The notes below the pieces were generated by a model. It saw only the letters and a program-made list of their open reading frames with translations, was not told the DNA's origin and searched no databases. Shown piece after piece: positions 41,285 to 53,326 of a stretch of DNA of 64,000 bases. The DNA lies in assembly GCA_013265495.1 (NCBI GenBank), contig MU058444.1:1054001-1118000 (forward strand), written 5' to 3'. Numbering within the stretch: position 1 is the stretch's first letter; every line of letters starts with the position of its first letter. This DNA comes from Vicugna vicugna (taxonomy: Eukaryota). The position numbers and the translations under genes are program-made.

Positions 41285-42289
41285 CTGCTCAATTACCTTT
41301 TAAAATGCCTATTTAAAAACAAATTCACCGAGGAGGAAGGATTCTTAACTGAGGAATTAAGAAGACTGAGTGGGGCCACCATGATGCAGAAAGGTCAGTC
41401 CACATGATTCTAAAGAGAAATCATCAGTCAGGTGTTTTTCCATTTCAGGTTTTCATTAATTTCTTCTGCTTCTTTTTGAGAGCAAACAGTTATGTTCAAG
41501 AGGAGCACTGGATGCACCCATCTGTGTGGGAATCAAAGTAAAATTCTGCTCGCCCATTAAAGATAATCTAACAGACGTGGATCTTGCGTTGTATAAGGAT
41601 TCACCCACCATCCATTCTGAGAGCCCGCAGGGACGCATTGGTCTGTCCTGGCTTGCAGCACAGGGCAAAAAAAGCAACAACTGAATAATCCTAATAGAAC
41701 TAGGACGGCCCTACGGTGTGCCTGTTGGCACATTTTCCTCTTAAAAAAATCACACATGCTGAATCTTACTGTTGTGCTCACTGAGCCCTGTCAATCTTCA
41801 TGAGTTTATAATTAAGAAAATATTACACTTGGAGGGACTCCCTGCTATTATCAAATCACTTTGCAGAGAAAAGTAAAAGAATAGGTTGGGTCACTGTTGC
41901 TACAAATTCCAGCTATTTGAAATGATCATGTTAGACCTCAGGGATCTTCCGTGTTTTGATGTTCATTTTAAAGCAACTTTACAACAGCATATAGCAAATG
42001 CCAGACTATTTTACTTTCTCTTTATTTCTTTTATTCAAAGGTTTGCTTTGACCAAACCTGAGAATCAGAAAAAACCTAGTAAAAAGCAATCGGTTGTTGA
42101 GTCCTATTTCTCCATCCGGCAGCAGGTGGCAGTATTGATGCACAAAAAATATCCATTCAGGTGCCTGTTAGAATTACGGGTTACCCTGCTCCTTCCGTTT
42201 AAACTCCAGGTATCTGAGCTGAATCAGAATCCTAATCAGATAACAGGGTAGTCATCTCTTTTCTGCTCTTCTTCCCCCGTTTTAATTTC

Positions 42290-42850
42290 TATTTTTGAAT
42301 TTAAGTTTCGTTTTGTTTTTACAGTAGTTATAGGTTCACAGAAGAATTGAGCGGAAGGTACAGAGAGCTCCCATCTCCACTACCTCCATTCATCAGCAAC
42401 ATCCCCCACCAGAGTGGCTCATTTGTTAAAACTGTTGAAGTTTCACTGACACACGGTCCCTGAAAGTCCATAGTTTACTTTATGGTTCACTCTTGAAGTT
42501 GTACCTTCTATGGGTTTGAAGAGCATATTCAAATACATTGTATAGCATATAATGACATGTATCCATCATGACGGCATCATGCAGAGTGTTTCCCTGCCCT
42601 GAAACCTCTCTGTGCTCTGCCTGTTCATCCCTCCACCCCATCACTCCTGGCAACCCCTGATAATTTTACCGTCTTCGTAGTTTTACCTTTTCCAGGATAT
42701 CCTATAGTTGGAATCTCATCGTACGTAGATTTTCAGATTGGCTTCTTTCACTTAGTTGTATGCAGTTAAGTTTCATCTATATTTTCCCACGGCTTCTTAG
42801 CTCATTTCTTTTGAGTGTTGAATATTCTTCCATTGTGTGCATGTACAGCC
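42290..42850 (-). mobile_element. L1MC-like 3' UTR fragment
   Basis: taggttcacagaagaattgagcggaaggtacagagagctccc...ccaccagagtggctcatttgtta...ttttcagattggcttctttcacttag. Confidence 0.85.
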
Positions 42851-43091
42851 TCTCTTTTTATAAAGAGGTATCTTTTCCGCTTGCAGCTCTCTTTTACCTT
42901 GACAAGATGGTGATGTTACAAGTTTTTTTTCCCCCCACCCAGACTCCTATGTGTCACTCGACTGTATTAGCTCTCCCAGCCTCCCAGACCACAGGTGTCT
43001 GGGACACTCTCCTTACCGTGTCCTCCCATTACTCCTCCGAAGTGGACCTTTCCTAAATCAGATAGCAACTAAGGTTCTCTGCTCCTTTCAG

Positions 43092-43312
43092 ATCCCCGGC
43101 ACGTCCTCTGTAGTTCAGAGGAAATGGAAGCCCCTGCAGCCTGTCTCACAGCCTCGGGGGCCGGGAGCGCAGACCAAGTCCAGGAGTAGCGCCGTGGCCG
43201 CTGAAATAAAGCAGATCCGAGCCAGACGGAAAACAGCCCGGATGCTGATGGTTGTGCTTTTGGTGTTTGCAATTTGCTATCTACCAATTAGCATCCTCAA
43301 TGTGCTAAAGAG
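43092..43312 (+). CDS. HCRTR2: Orexin receptor 2, coding exon 5 (ICL3, TM6)
   Basis: tttcag acceptor, gtaaag donor at 43313; 221 nt; IPGTSSVVQRKWKPLQPVSQPRGPGAQTKSRSSAVAAEIKQIRARRKTARMLMVVLLVFAICYLPISILNVLK(R). Confidence 0.98.
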
Positions 43313-45411
43313 GTAAAGTTCGCCTATCACTTGAAAATGAAGAGACCTGCCATTTCTTAAAATCTAAACCATCTGCCCACATAGCTTCTCAGGACAGACA
43401 ACTTCATGTGTTGTTGTTACCAGCAGGTAAGGCGCACCGCCTTTCAGAGCGTTCAGATGCTAAATGCACTTCTCCACGCAAACTCTCTGTTGAATGGCAG
43501 ACACAAAACAGATGTTCCCTTAACCTCTTCAAGCTAGTTGCTAAGCCTTAGATGCCGAAAAAGTTCTAATGCTTAAAAACAAAACAAAACAAAACAAAAC
43601 CCTTATTTACAGCCTGGAGTCCTTTTTTGATCACAACAAATGGGTTTCTCAAAGACATAGGGAACAGTGACGGAATTTTATCTAAAGGACACAGAGATAA
43701 GAATTTTGTTTGCATTCTCATTCGACTTAACAGTGCATCTGTGAGCAAGCACACACAAAAAGGGACCCCTGGTACACACTGTGTTTTGAATGTATAAACA
43801 GAAAGAAAGGAAATTCACTTCCTGAAGTCGCTGAATCAAGCTGAGGGGGACCATTAATAAAAATCAGCACACAATTCTTCAGTGAGGGAAGGGACGTTAT
43901 CTGTAACACTGCAGACACACCAGCGAGTTCAAACAACTGAGCGACCCGAGCAGCCAGTGCAGGGCAGAGGGACACATTTCTGTGGGACACTAGCCAGCCA
44001 TCTCTACTGGGAAATATCGGAATAGCCGCATATAGACTGGTCCCAAGGTAATCCTAATTCTGTTTATCAGATGCTTCAGACTTAAACTCGGATTGCCCTG
44101 ATGCAGGGTCAACATCTTATTCCTCACAGCTGGGGACCCCGGCGAGAGGCAGCTTTGGCTGGAATCACACAGACTGAAGGTGGTATTACCAGCTGCAAAG
44201 CTTCCTTCTTCTCTTTGGCCCTTGTTCGGGGTTGCTTAACGATGTTTTCAATGGAAAAGAAATCGAAAATGAACTTTTGCTCAGCAAGGCTGTTTAGTAC
44301 AGACACAGTCTAAGATTTGCAGCAGCTTGGGTCCTTGCGATGCATGCCGGCTCACAAGAGAATGAAAATTACTTTGCTTTCCAATATTTTTTCACGATCC
44401 CCTTCTTATTTTTCTTGCCCACAGAAATCCCACACAAATGTATTCTAGTTCGCGGCTGGATCATGTTTTTCTGCTCTTAAGAATGTTATAAATGTGCCGT
44501 GTTACTGGATAGGTTTTCTCTCTCTTTTTTTTTTTTTTTGTACTTCTATTTTATTCAGCCTAAACTCAATGAAAATTGGATTTACTGCTTTCTGGATTAC
44601 TCATTTGGATTTCCTGCGTCTCCACACTTGCACTTTCCCTTTAGCTTGTTCCTAATACTTACTTGTCCGTAATATTTCTCTATTCTTCTGACTTACAGAC
44701 CTTCCTTTCCAAGGAAAATAAATGGCTTTCCAAGGAGAAAGTCCATGTTGAATTTAAAATATTTTCATTTTTTTCCAAGCATTCTGTCTGCTCTTTGTCA
44801 CAAAATACAATTTAAAAAATAACCTTGAAATTTGTTTTTTTCTCTTTCCCACACACACGTTTTCTTCAAATGCTTCTCTTTGTGGGCCCTTGCATATTAT
44901 GTTTGTGTTTTCTTTCTTTTAGAAAAAAAATTCCTAAGTTGTTTTCCTTGAAACTTAATGTTTTCCCTGACCAGTCAAAACCAACTTCCTTAAAGCAGGT
45001 CTGATTTATCGAGGATTTCAAAGGTACTAGAGAGAGGATCATAACATATTAATTTTTGTAAAACTCTGGGAGTCCACAGAACATCACTTTATTCTAAAAA
45101 TGCATTCCTAATCATGGGCACAAATTCCACAATCAATGACAGAACCTCTAGCAGAAAATGCTTTCTAATCCTCAGCCTACAAATGTATTGCATAGTTGCA
45201 AGTTGCCTGCTGCGTCTAGTGAACAGAATTTAACAGACAGAATATTTCTAAGCATGGAACAAATCTCTGAAATGGCCTTGAAGGATATAATAATGAAATA
45301 TTTGTCAGTGTTTAAAACAATAAGTAAAAATATTAAAACTCATGTATTTTAAGGAATTGCCAGAATTTTGCCTACTGAAAACTAGTCCTTCTCTGGGTAA
45401 AAAGAAGTCCT

Positions 45412-45570
45412 GGGGGGAGGGTATAGCTCAAGAGGTAGAGCCCATGCTTAGCACGCACGAGGTCCTGGGTTCAATCCCCAGGACCTCCTCTAAAGATGAA
45501 CAAACTTAATTACCCCTTCCCCACCACAACACAGTAATTAAATAACATAATAATAAGTAAATGAAATGTT
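45412..45570 (+). mobile_element. tRNA-Ala-derived SINE (vic-1-like)
   Basis: ggggagggtatagctcaagaggtagagcccatgcttagcacgcacgaggtcctgggttcaatcccc; TSD taaaaagaagtcc at 45398-45410 and 45571-45583. Confidence 0.9.
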
Positions 45571-46034
45571 TAAAAAGAAGTCCCAGAAGCCAAATTTCAG
45601 CAAGGCTGGAAGACTAGCACTAAAGAAACGTAATACTTGATCAATGCACGAATGAAAGTAGGAAGAGGAGCACACGGACTGCAACTTAGGAGTGCTTTGA
45701 AAGTGCACACCAAGTGGAATATTAACAAACGCTGCTCAGTTGGGTTTAGAAACAGAATGAAAGAAGGGAGATGGCGAGATGTTCCGCTTTTGTATTCTCG
45801 TTGCTTTTGTGGTTTGCAAGGGAGATAGCCCCTTCATCTCTGACCTGATTTGGCTTTTGATTTACTAAATTGTGCGGAGGAGGTGCTGTTCGGGTGCTGA
45901 AATTATTCTAGCCCCACTGTGTGGTACCATAAACCGGTCCATAGTCAATCCTGTAGCAGAGCAGTGCAGTCAGACAGCTGCCATCAAGGGCTTTGGTCCC
46001 CCTTAAATTTAATTATTTAAAAGGGACTTTTGAT

Positions 46035-46127
46035 GTATTCATGTAAGACTGAAAAATTGTGCCGTATACCAGAAATTGACACAACATTGTGAACTGACTA
46101 TACCTCAATACAACTGAAAAAAAAAAA
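46035..46127 (+). mobile_element. Short lineage-specific L1 3'-end fragment
   Basis: accagaaattgacacaacattgtgaactgactatacctcaat + A tail. Confidence 0.75.
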
Positions 46128-46461
46128 TGTTAAACTGTCGAGATGTGTTAGCCTCAGATTCAAGCACACATTCATATTTTAATGTGATGACTTATCTAAA
46201 TTCCGGTATGTGGCGCAGTGCAAACGATATGGCTTAAATCTAATTTTAATTTTGATGAATAGTTTAAATAGTAAGACAGTTTACAGTTTCTGAGATTCCT
46301 CTAGGAATATTAATTGTCTCAAGGAATGGCTATGTGAGCTAAGTCATATGCATCTCTGTTAATTGGTGATATGGAAAAGCATGATATAAATATTTATATA
46401 TTTTTTAAAAAGGGACTTTTGAGAATCACACTGAATTTCCTGTTACTGTCTTTTCCTGCAG

Positions 46462-46583
46462 AGTATTTGGGATGTTTACCCATACCGAAGACAGAGAGAC
46501 TGTGTATGCCTGGTTCACATTTTCACACTGGCTTGTATATGCCAACAGTGCTGCGAACCCAATTATTTATAATTTTCTCAGTG
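46462..46583 (+). CDS. HCRTR2: Orexin receptor 2, coding exon 6 (ECL3, TM7 with NPIIY)
   Basis: cctgcag acceptor, gtgagt donor at 46584; 122 nt; VFGMFTHTEDRETVYAWFTFSHWLVYANSAANPIIYNFLS (the ORF track reports another frame here). Confidence 0.97.
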
Positions 46584-47809
46584 GTGAGTTTTCAACTGTT
46601 TCTTCATACAGACCACAATTTTAACCCGGGGTGAGGGATCAGTGACCACAAGGTTTGAACCTTTGAATGATATGAAGAGCTCAGTTCGCATACGATGAGA
46701 ATTTTTTTCCCTAATCTGAGTGATCTTGAGTATTCCCCCCCCCACCATGGGATGAAACACACGTTACCTAACTCATCAGAGAAGATTATCTAAGTATTTT
46801 TCTCCATAAAATTCAGAAGAAATATCAAAATAGGAGGAAAGTAAAAATTGTGAAAACTAACACAGAATCTCACTAGTCACACATTAAACTTACGATTTAC
46901 AATAATATAAAGTAATTTTATCTGACAATGAAACAGCCTTGCTTACATCATTTCTTTGCCAACATTTGCAGCCTAATGGAATTGGAACCTTTCCACTCTC
47001 GGGTATTTCTCTGTATTTACGTTTCTCTTCTGGGTAACATCTCTTGGGTTTCTTTCAAGATTTCTCACTGATCACAAAAAAACTGTATTTCTCCTAAATA
47101 ACACAGAAGCGAAATGGCACAAACATACACACACCGGCAACTGAATTAACCCATCTCTGTCGATGGAATCAATATAAGTGTAAAAATCGTTCAACTTACT
47201 ATTGTTTTATTTACAAATATTTTAGCCAGAGCATCTTTAGAATTGTGCTTTAATTAGCTACATGTTTACATTGTCTTCTCCAACTGGTTGGCTGTTTCTT
47301 TTTCATTTCTCTCTCCAAATAGATGGTCATTTGATAGGAAAGAATAAACAATTCGTTTTATTGCATGTTTCATAAATTTTGTGCATTTTCCAACTTCATC
47401 TTTGGCCTTCTGGGTTATATAGGTTATGAAAAAAAGATGAACAGCCAGTCAGTTACGCTTTTTAATAACTATTTTTTCCCATCATGGCATATACCTGCTT
47501 TATTTCAACTTTCGGTGAATCAGGTGGTGTCTCTGTGAGGTGTGTTTTATATTCAGCTGTTTCTTTCCCTGCCACATTCAACCCCAGTCTCCAAAATAAA
47601 GATGCTATTAAAACTGCGATAACTGGAGACCACTGCTCGCCTGCTGTTTGGAGCGAGGAGGGGCCGGGTGGAGCTGTGGCTTGGAAAACAGTGGAAAGTA
47701 CCTGCCACGGGCGTAGGGAAGACTGAAGCCTTGAGCCTCGCACTGAGTAGGGAAGCCCTGTTAGAGGGTCATAGGGAGCGTGTCGGAAGCGGAAACCACA
47801 GAACCAAGT

Positions 47810-47937
47810 CAAGGTGCTATGATGGGGGTACTGAAAACGAATATATGTATGTCTACGCTTGACTGGGACGTTGAGCTGTACACCAGAGACTGACACGCTG
47901 TAACTGACGGTGCTTCAATTAAAAAGGAAAAAAAAAA
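47810..47937 (+). mobile_element. Short lineage-specific L1 3'-end fragment (GC-shifted)
   Basis: gaatatatgtatg...gactgggacgttgagctgtacaccagagactgacacgctgtaactgacggtgcttcaattaaaaa. Confidence 0.75.
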
Positions 47938-48762
47938 GTGAGGCAGGAAGGCAGCTGACAATCACTGAGCACTGGTTTTAATCACTCAGTAGCCCAGTTT
48001 GGTAAGTAAAGCTTTAGAGGGAAGAAGTGGTGATCCTCAACACTGTCATTTGCCCTTCGAGCCTTAGCAGGTGAGTGTTCCATCTTTATACCTCTCCAAT
48101 TTCACGTCAATAATTGAAAGACAAGGAAAAACTTCTAAGGGTGTTTGGGTGTTTCTTTTTCTTTTTCTTTTTCTTTTCTTTCTTTTTTTTTTTTTTTATG
48201 CCTCACTCAGATTACGCAACTTCAGAAATTTTCAAGCTGATTAATGTGTATTTTCTAAGGAGTCTGTTGAGCTGATTGTGTCAGTAGAACCGTTTCTTCC
48301 GAGGGCAGCGCGGGGGTCGTTTCTGTCCGGTGTTGGCTGCGCACCGCGCGGATGTCCTCGTGCTCGAAGTAATTAGCTGTCTCTGGGCGCAGCGCTGCGG
48401 TGCTCGCTCTCGCCGGATTTATCACCAGGCAGTTAAACCAGTGACACTGTAAACTTTACTATAGTTCTCACTAGACGGAAAATACCCGGCATGCATAAAT
48501 ATTTGAGGTTTGCCTCTAAAAAGAGCGAGACAAGCATCAGGCGTGAAAAGCAGCCTCGCTCTTTTCCGGAACCGCCTCATGGTCTTGGGCGTGGACCAGG
48601 CTCCCAGGAACGCAATTTCCTCTCCCTGCTTCCCCCACCGTTGCCAAAGGTGGCGTCTCACTGTAACTGTGGCTCAAGGGAGCCCCTCAGGGGTCCCCTA
48701 TTCGTGATGGGTTAAAACATATTAACGCAGAATTCTTCCTTTCCTTCTCCCTGGTTTGCCAG

Positions 48763-48992
48763 GAAAATTTCGAGAGGAATTTAAAGCTGCGTTTTCTTGC
48801 TGTTGCCTTGGGGTTCACCACCGCCAGGAGGACCGCCTAGCGCGGGGGCGCACCAGCACCGAGAGCCGGAAATCTCTGACCACCCAGATCAGCAACTTTG
48901 ATAACATATCAAAACTGTCCGAGCACGTCGTGCTGACCAGCATAAGCACCGTCCCAGCCGCCAACGGCGCGGGGCCGCCCCAAAACTGGTAG
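48763..48992 (+). CDS. HCRTR2: Orexin receptor 2, coding exon 7 (helix 8, C-tail, TAG stop)
   Basis: tttgccag acceptor; (G)KFREEFKAAFSCCCLGVHHRQEDRLARGRTSTESRKSLTTQISNFDNISKLSEHVVLTSISTVPAANGAGPPQNW*; 230 nt to stop. Confidence 0.98.
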
Positions 48993-49139
48993 ATGATTTA
49001 TTCCGCTGACAAGGATGCCTGAATACAACTCTTCTTTTTTTAAATCTCTGTACACAGAAATTTTATTCTCCTAATGATCAGAAGTTGAAATTACTTTGGG
49101 GATTTTTTTTTTTAAGAAAATTATCTATGGCTCTTTGGA

Positions 49140-49145
49140 AATAAA
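49140..49145 (+). promoter_or_regulatory. Candidate proximal polyadenylation signal for the exon-7-terminated mRNA
   Basis: AATAAA about 150 nt after the TAG; further AATAAA at 49770 and 49821. Confidence 0.45.
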
Positions 49146-51068
49146 GTCAGTTTGAAATCATTTCTTACCTTTTGATTTAAATATGTAAGAAGTTTAACCT
49201 CCAACTGAATTTATTTGCAGGCTGTTTCACTGTTAGTTTTATGTCTGCTGATTTGTGTCAGTTAAATGCTGGAACGCTTCCAATTCTAATTAATTTATTA
49301 ATGTCACCTTCATATTGGTTGGTAAAAGCTATCAAAACTTAGCCATTGGTTTTCTTTTGGCTACGAAAAGAGGTAGCAATGACTAACTCTGGATTAGCAA
49401 GAGATGTGTTAGTTGACTTTATAGTTTTAAAAAAAATCACAAAAGAGTGTCATTTTGGTGTGACATCTAAGAATATATTTATATACAAAGTAGCATATTA
49501 TATTGGAAAACTCAAAAGCTATCTTTCAAAATATATAAACATATATACTATTAAACTTTATTTTCCATTAATTTTCTAACTCATTGACATAATGTTCTTA
49601 GGTTTGTAACCTTACCATTGTTAACATTTCTTATCTCATTCTGTGGCCTGGAAGAGACTGTATTTATAGAAAAATTTTGGAGTAACTGCAAATATATAAT
49701 TTCCATCTCTAAGGAAAGATTTCAACATTTAAGAATAAGATAAAATTACATTATTGTGTTCTTTTCACCAATAAAAATGAAGTCGTTGGCCTTGCTAGAT
49801 TAAACTGAGTGCAATTTACCAATAAAAGGAGCTGTGGACTACCAAATCATATTAAGGTCCCATACTGGACCTGTTAATGTGATGGAGATTTGATGGTAAA
49901 TATTTGCATTTACTTAAATTTTGTAAACACTTATCAAACACCTACCAGAACACCCATTGTGCTAGGTGCTAGGGCGTGAGGTAGGAGTAGGTGTGAGCAT
50001 GCCTTCAAGAGACCTCAGTCCACCAAGAGACGCATGTTGGTAGAAGCTGCAGGCAGCAAGGCATTCTGGGAGATGATTCAGACACAGACAAAGCAAGAGC
50101 AACCAGTGATGGTGGTCCTCACCCTGACATGCGCAGCAAGGTTGCACTTCTTTGTTTCTATTTAATGACAGTGACTCTGCTAATGTTAGTGAATTCTACC
50201 TGGGCCTGTGGCTAAAGTCCAGGGGATCAGGAGACTGGAGGGGCTTGCCCTTAACTCACATAAAAATGAGCAGGCATGTAATGTATTTTGTACAAATGTG
50301 AGATTTGGGATTCAGAGCAGACTATTTTAAATTTGCTCTTCTGCAAAATTAATCTGATTCAAATATTCACTTAAAAATTAAATTAAAAGTAAAAGAGATG
50401 CTGGTGGAAAATTGCTTTTCTTTTCATATTATAGTAGCAGGCATTCTCATTTTATGGAAACAAAAGATACAGGGAATATTTGAGAAAGATTTTCGCAGAA
50501 CATAAAAATGAGCTTGCTCTTTTCTTCCTTTTTTTTAACTCATCACTTTCGGAAAGAATATAATCAAATTATCCGCAAATGGTTTTCATGTCTTAGAATT
50601 TGGGATTACCTTGTGCTTTCTACTACTCAAAGCAAAAACCACCCTTTTATATCAGGTTTATTGAAATTATATTGCTAATTATTAGAATGATATCCATGAA
50701 AGCAAAGCATTGTAACTCGCTCCTTTCTCCCCTTTGCACAGTGGGAAACCTTTTGTCTTATTTATGCTGCATAAAAGGAGAAGAGAAATTTTCAGATTGC
50801 AGTGGAACCTGGCACTTTCGTTTGAAGATAACTTCAAAGAATATTGATAAGATGCCTTAATAGCTAAGTAGAATCTCAGCATAAGAGCTAAATTTTTTAG
50901 ATCCTAATATATATAGTTACTTGTCATTTAAGAAGGAAGAAGATTGAGAGAAAGAGAGAGAGCAAGAAAGTGACAGCCAGAGGTGGAGAAAGAGAGAGGT
51001 TCAGAGAGGCGAATAATTGCCTTTTTGTACTAAGAGCGGACTCAGGTCAGAATCCCTTTGCTCTAAAT

Positions 51069-51262
51069 CAGTGATTCTCAAAGCATGGTTCCTAAACCAT
51101 CAACTTTTGCATCTCAGCATCCCCTGAGAACTTCTTAGACATGCAGATATCACCCTGTCCCAGATTTGCTGAATCATAAACTTTGGGGGTGGTCCCCAGC
51201 AATCTGTGTGCTAACCAGCCCTGCAGGTAATTCTGAAGGGCCTTCAAATTTGAGAACCACTG
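51069..51262. mobile_element. MER5A-like hAT-Charlie MITE
   Basis: TIRs cagtgattctcaaa / tttgagaaccactg; 8-bp flanks ctctaaat / ctctggac. Confidence 0.85.
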
Positions 51263-51323
51263 CTCTGGACGCTACCAGCTGGCACCTATTTATGACCTGT
51301 GAAATAAAGTATTTCACTTCCAG

Positions 51324-51366
51324 GTACCTACAACAGGAACCACTGTCATCACTACTGTCAACTTGA
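51324..51366 (+). CDS. HCRTR2: Candidate alternative terminal exon 8 (OX2-beta-like extended C-tail)
   Basis: tttcacttccag acceptor; joined to donor TG|gtagat (48988/48989) gives ...QNW-YLQQEPLSSLLST*, resembling the rodent long-isoform tail YLQQGVPSSLLSTWLEV (recalled). Confidence 0.72.
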
Positions 51367-52421
51367 CGGGAGATCTGGAAGAGGAGGCTGAGTGTCCATG
51401 TTGAAAGTCACTCAGAGTCATCTCACTCAAAGAGTTGATGGTTTATGAAATGGTAGCCACCGTGTCCCACGTGCAGTGTGACACAGGACTGGATGTGATG
51501 CACTGGCATTCTGTATGGTTATCCGGATGATTTGAGTTTCTAACAAAAACTTGCAAATCTCCAATTTAATTTCCACTTCCTCGAGTCTAATGTATAGAAG
51601 CAGACCATGTCTAAGAATGAGCATTGACTGGAAGGAGAACACAGACCAACACACAGCAGTACTGGCGAGGAACGTGGGAACGGAAGAGCAGGCTGTGCGC
51701 ACGGCTCTCAGCTCGTTGATAACAGGAATCCTAAAAGGTCCAGATTTGGTGCCACTACCTTGATGGGACAAATAGGGGAGAGACAGGTGTTCCCAAACCT
51801 GGCCAGTCTTATGGAGTAAAGAGTCAGCTACTTACCTCATTATGTGCTAATATCACAAATGAGAAGACTTCTGCTGAAAGGCGTGTGTTGTGACTGTTTT
51901 ATGCTCCGCATGGAATATGTCGCTCTCTCGTTTTGCTGTACTTCGAAGATTTGACGTAAACTGTCATGAATGTGACTGAAGCTTTGTGATCAGTAAGAAT
52001 GTGATCATTTCTATCTAATAGAGGATCCACTTGAACTTCGTTATTTCTGAATGTCTACAAACCTAAGACCACACTGATGTTCAAATTCATTCATTCTTGG
52101 CAAAATGATGACTGAATTTCTGAGGAAAATGGCTTCTAAAGTCTCCAAGATTTGGAGCATTTCTTGGATATTAAATAACTGTTATAACTCATTGATCAGT
52201 TCATTGCAAAAGTCTTAGGCACAACAATATTGAATTTTACTCCCGGTGTACATCATTTTAATGAAGATACAGGTAAATGTGTTTATAGAATGCAATCTGA
52301 ATATACAGAAAGCTGAATGACAATGTCAGAATGACAAACCTCAAAGATGTTTTGGACACAAATTGTGAGGAGGGCTATTACTATCTTAATACTAGTGTAA
52401 TAATAGATGTTTTGCACTTGA

Positions 52422-52459
52422 TATGAATCATAAAGATAATTATGAATCATAAAGATAAT
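52422..52459 (+). repeat. Perfect 19-bp tandem duplication
   Basis: tatgaatcataaagataat x2. Confidence 0.9.
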
Positions 52460-53320
52460 TATTTCCAAAAAACTGGGCAGTCATTGTAATTTAGAAAGCT
52501 TTTTCATGTCCAGTTAATTTTACAATGGAAGACTTTTCTACTTGCTGCAAGTTGCAAGTCAAAAGAGTAAATTCTACTAGGTCATGTGCAATTAGTTTTC
52601 AAGTGGCATGAAGCAAAACCATAGGTCCTTTTTAGAGACAATATATGTAATCAGAGAAAATATTGCTAATTTAAGTCTATTCTCTCATGTTATGTACACA
52701 GAAAATGAAGGGCAAAGGCATGGAAAACACTGTTATCATCCCAAATTCAAAGGGGATTGTTTTCTAGAGAACTATTGCAATTAAAGAGGGGGCAAAAAAA
52801 AAAAAACCCTCCTACAGGCCACGTATTTCTATGAGCTCAAAAGCTCTTTATAAGCTTTGGAATTAGAATGCCTTGTAAGTTTTTCACAAAATGTGTTTCT
52901 ATAATTGTTGTATCCTACGTGTGTAACATCCAGTCACTTGTTCAATGGTTCTTTTTATATATTTCAAGTTCTTTATGCCTGATTCACTGTGTCTTCATGA
53001 AGAAGTTTCTTACCAAATCCAATGTGATTGGACACCAGCTACTGTGAAGGATGCTGGTGGTGCAGTTTTTAAGTAAAACCCGTATTGAGAATTCTACCAT
53101 CACATTCACACTGGCCTCTATTGTATGAAGAATCTCGTTGTTCATTAGATAAGTTGGAAACTCACTCATAACTAGTGTCAAATCGTTGCAGTTAAGGATT
53201 GAATTAAGTAAGCCCTCTGGTGCAGTGCTAAATGACCAAAATATTTTTCCCAATAAGTTTATATAACCAGGGATAATCATGGCATAAAAGGGTTCTAATG
53301 TTTCTAAGAGCAGATTCTGT

Positions 53321-53326
53321 AATAAA
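53321..53326 (+). promoter_or_regulatory. Candidate distal polyadenylation signal for the exon-8 transcript
   Basis: First AATAAA I can see downstream of the candidate exon 8 stop, after about 2 kb of repeat-poor, UTR-like sequence. Confidence 0.35.

Noticed and set aside
43160..43195. ICL3 differences (GAQTKSRSS vs human GQPTKSRMS as recalled)
   Set aside because: ICL3 is normally variable among orthologues
35600..46590. Canine-narcolepsy-type splice lesions (SINE before exon 4; +5 change at the exon 6 donor)
   Set aside because: No insertion upstream of exon 4, the exon 6 donor is intact gtgagt, and the frame is open throughout
52984..53280. 98-aa minus-strand ORF
   Set aside because: No recognisable homology or exon structure; lies antisense to the probable 3' UTR
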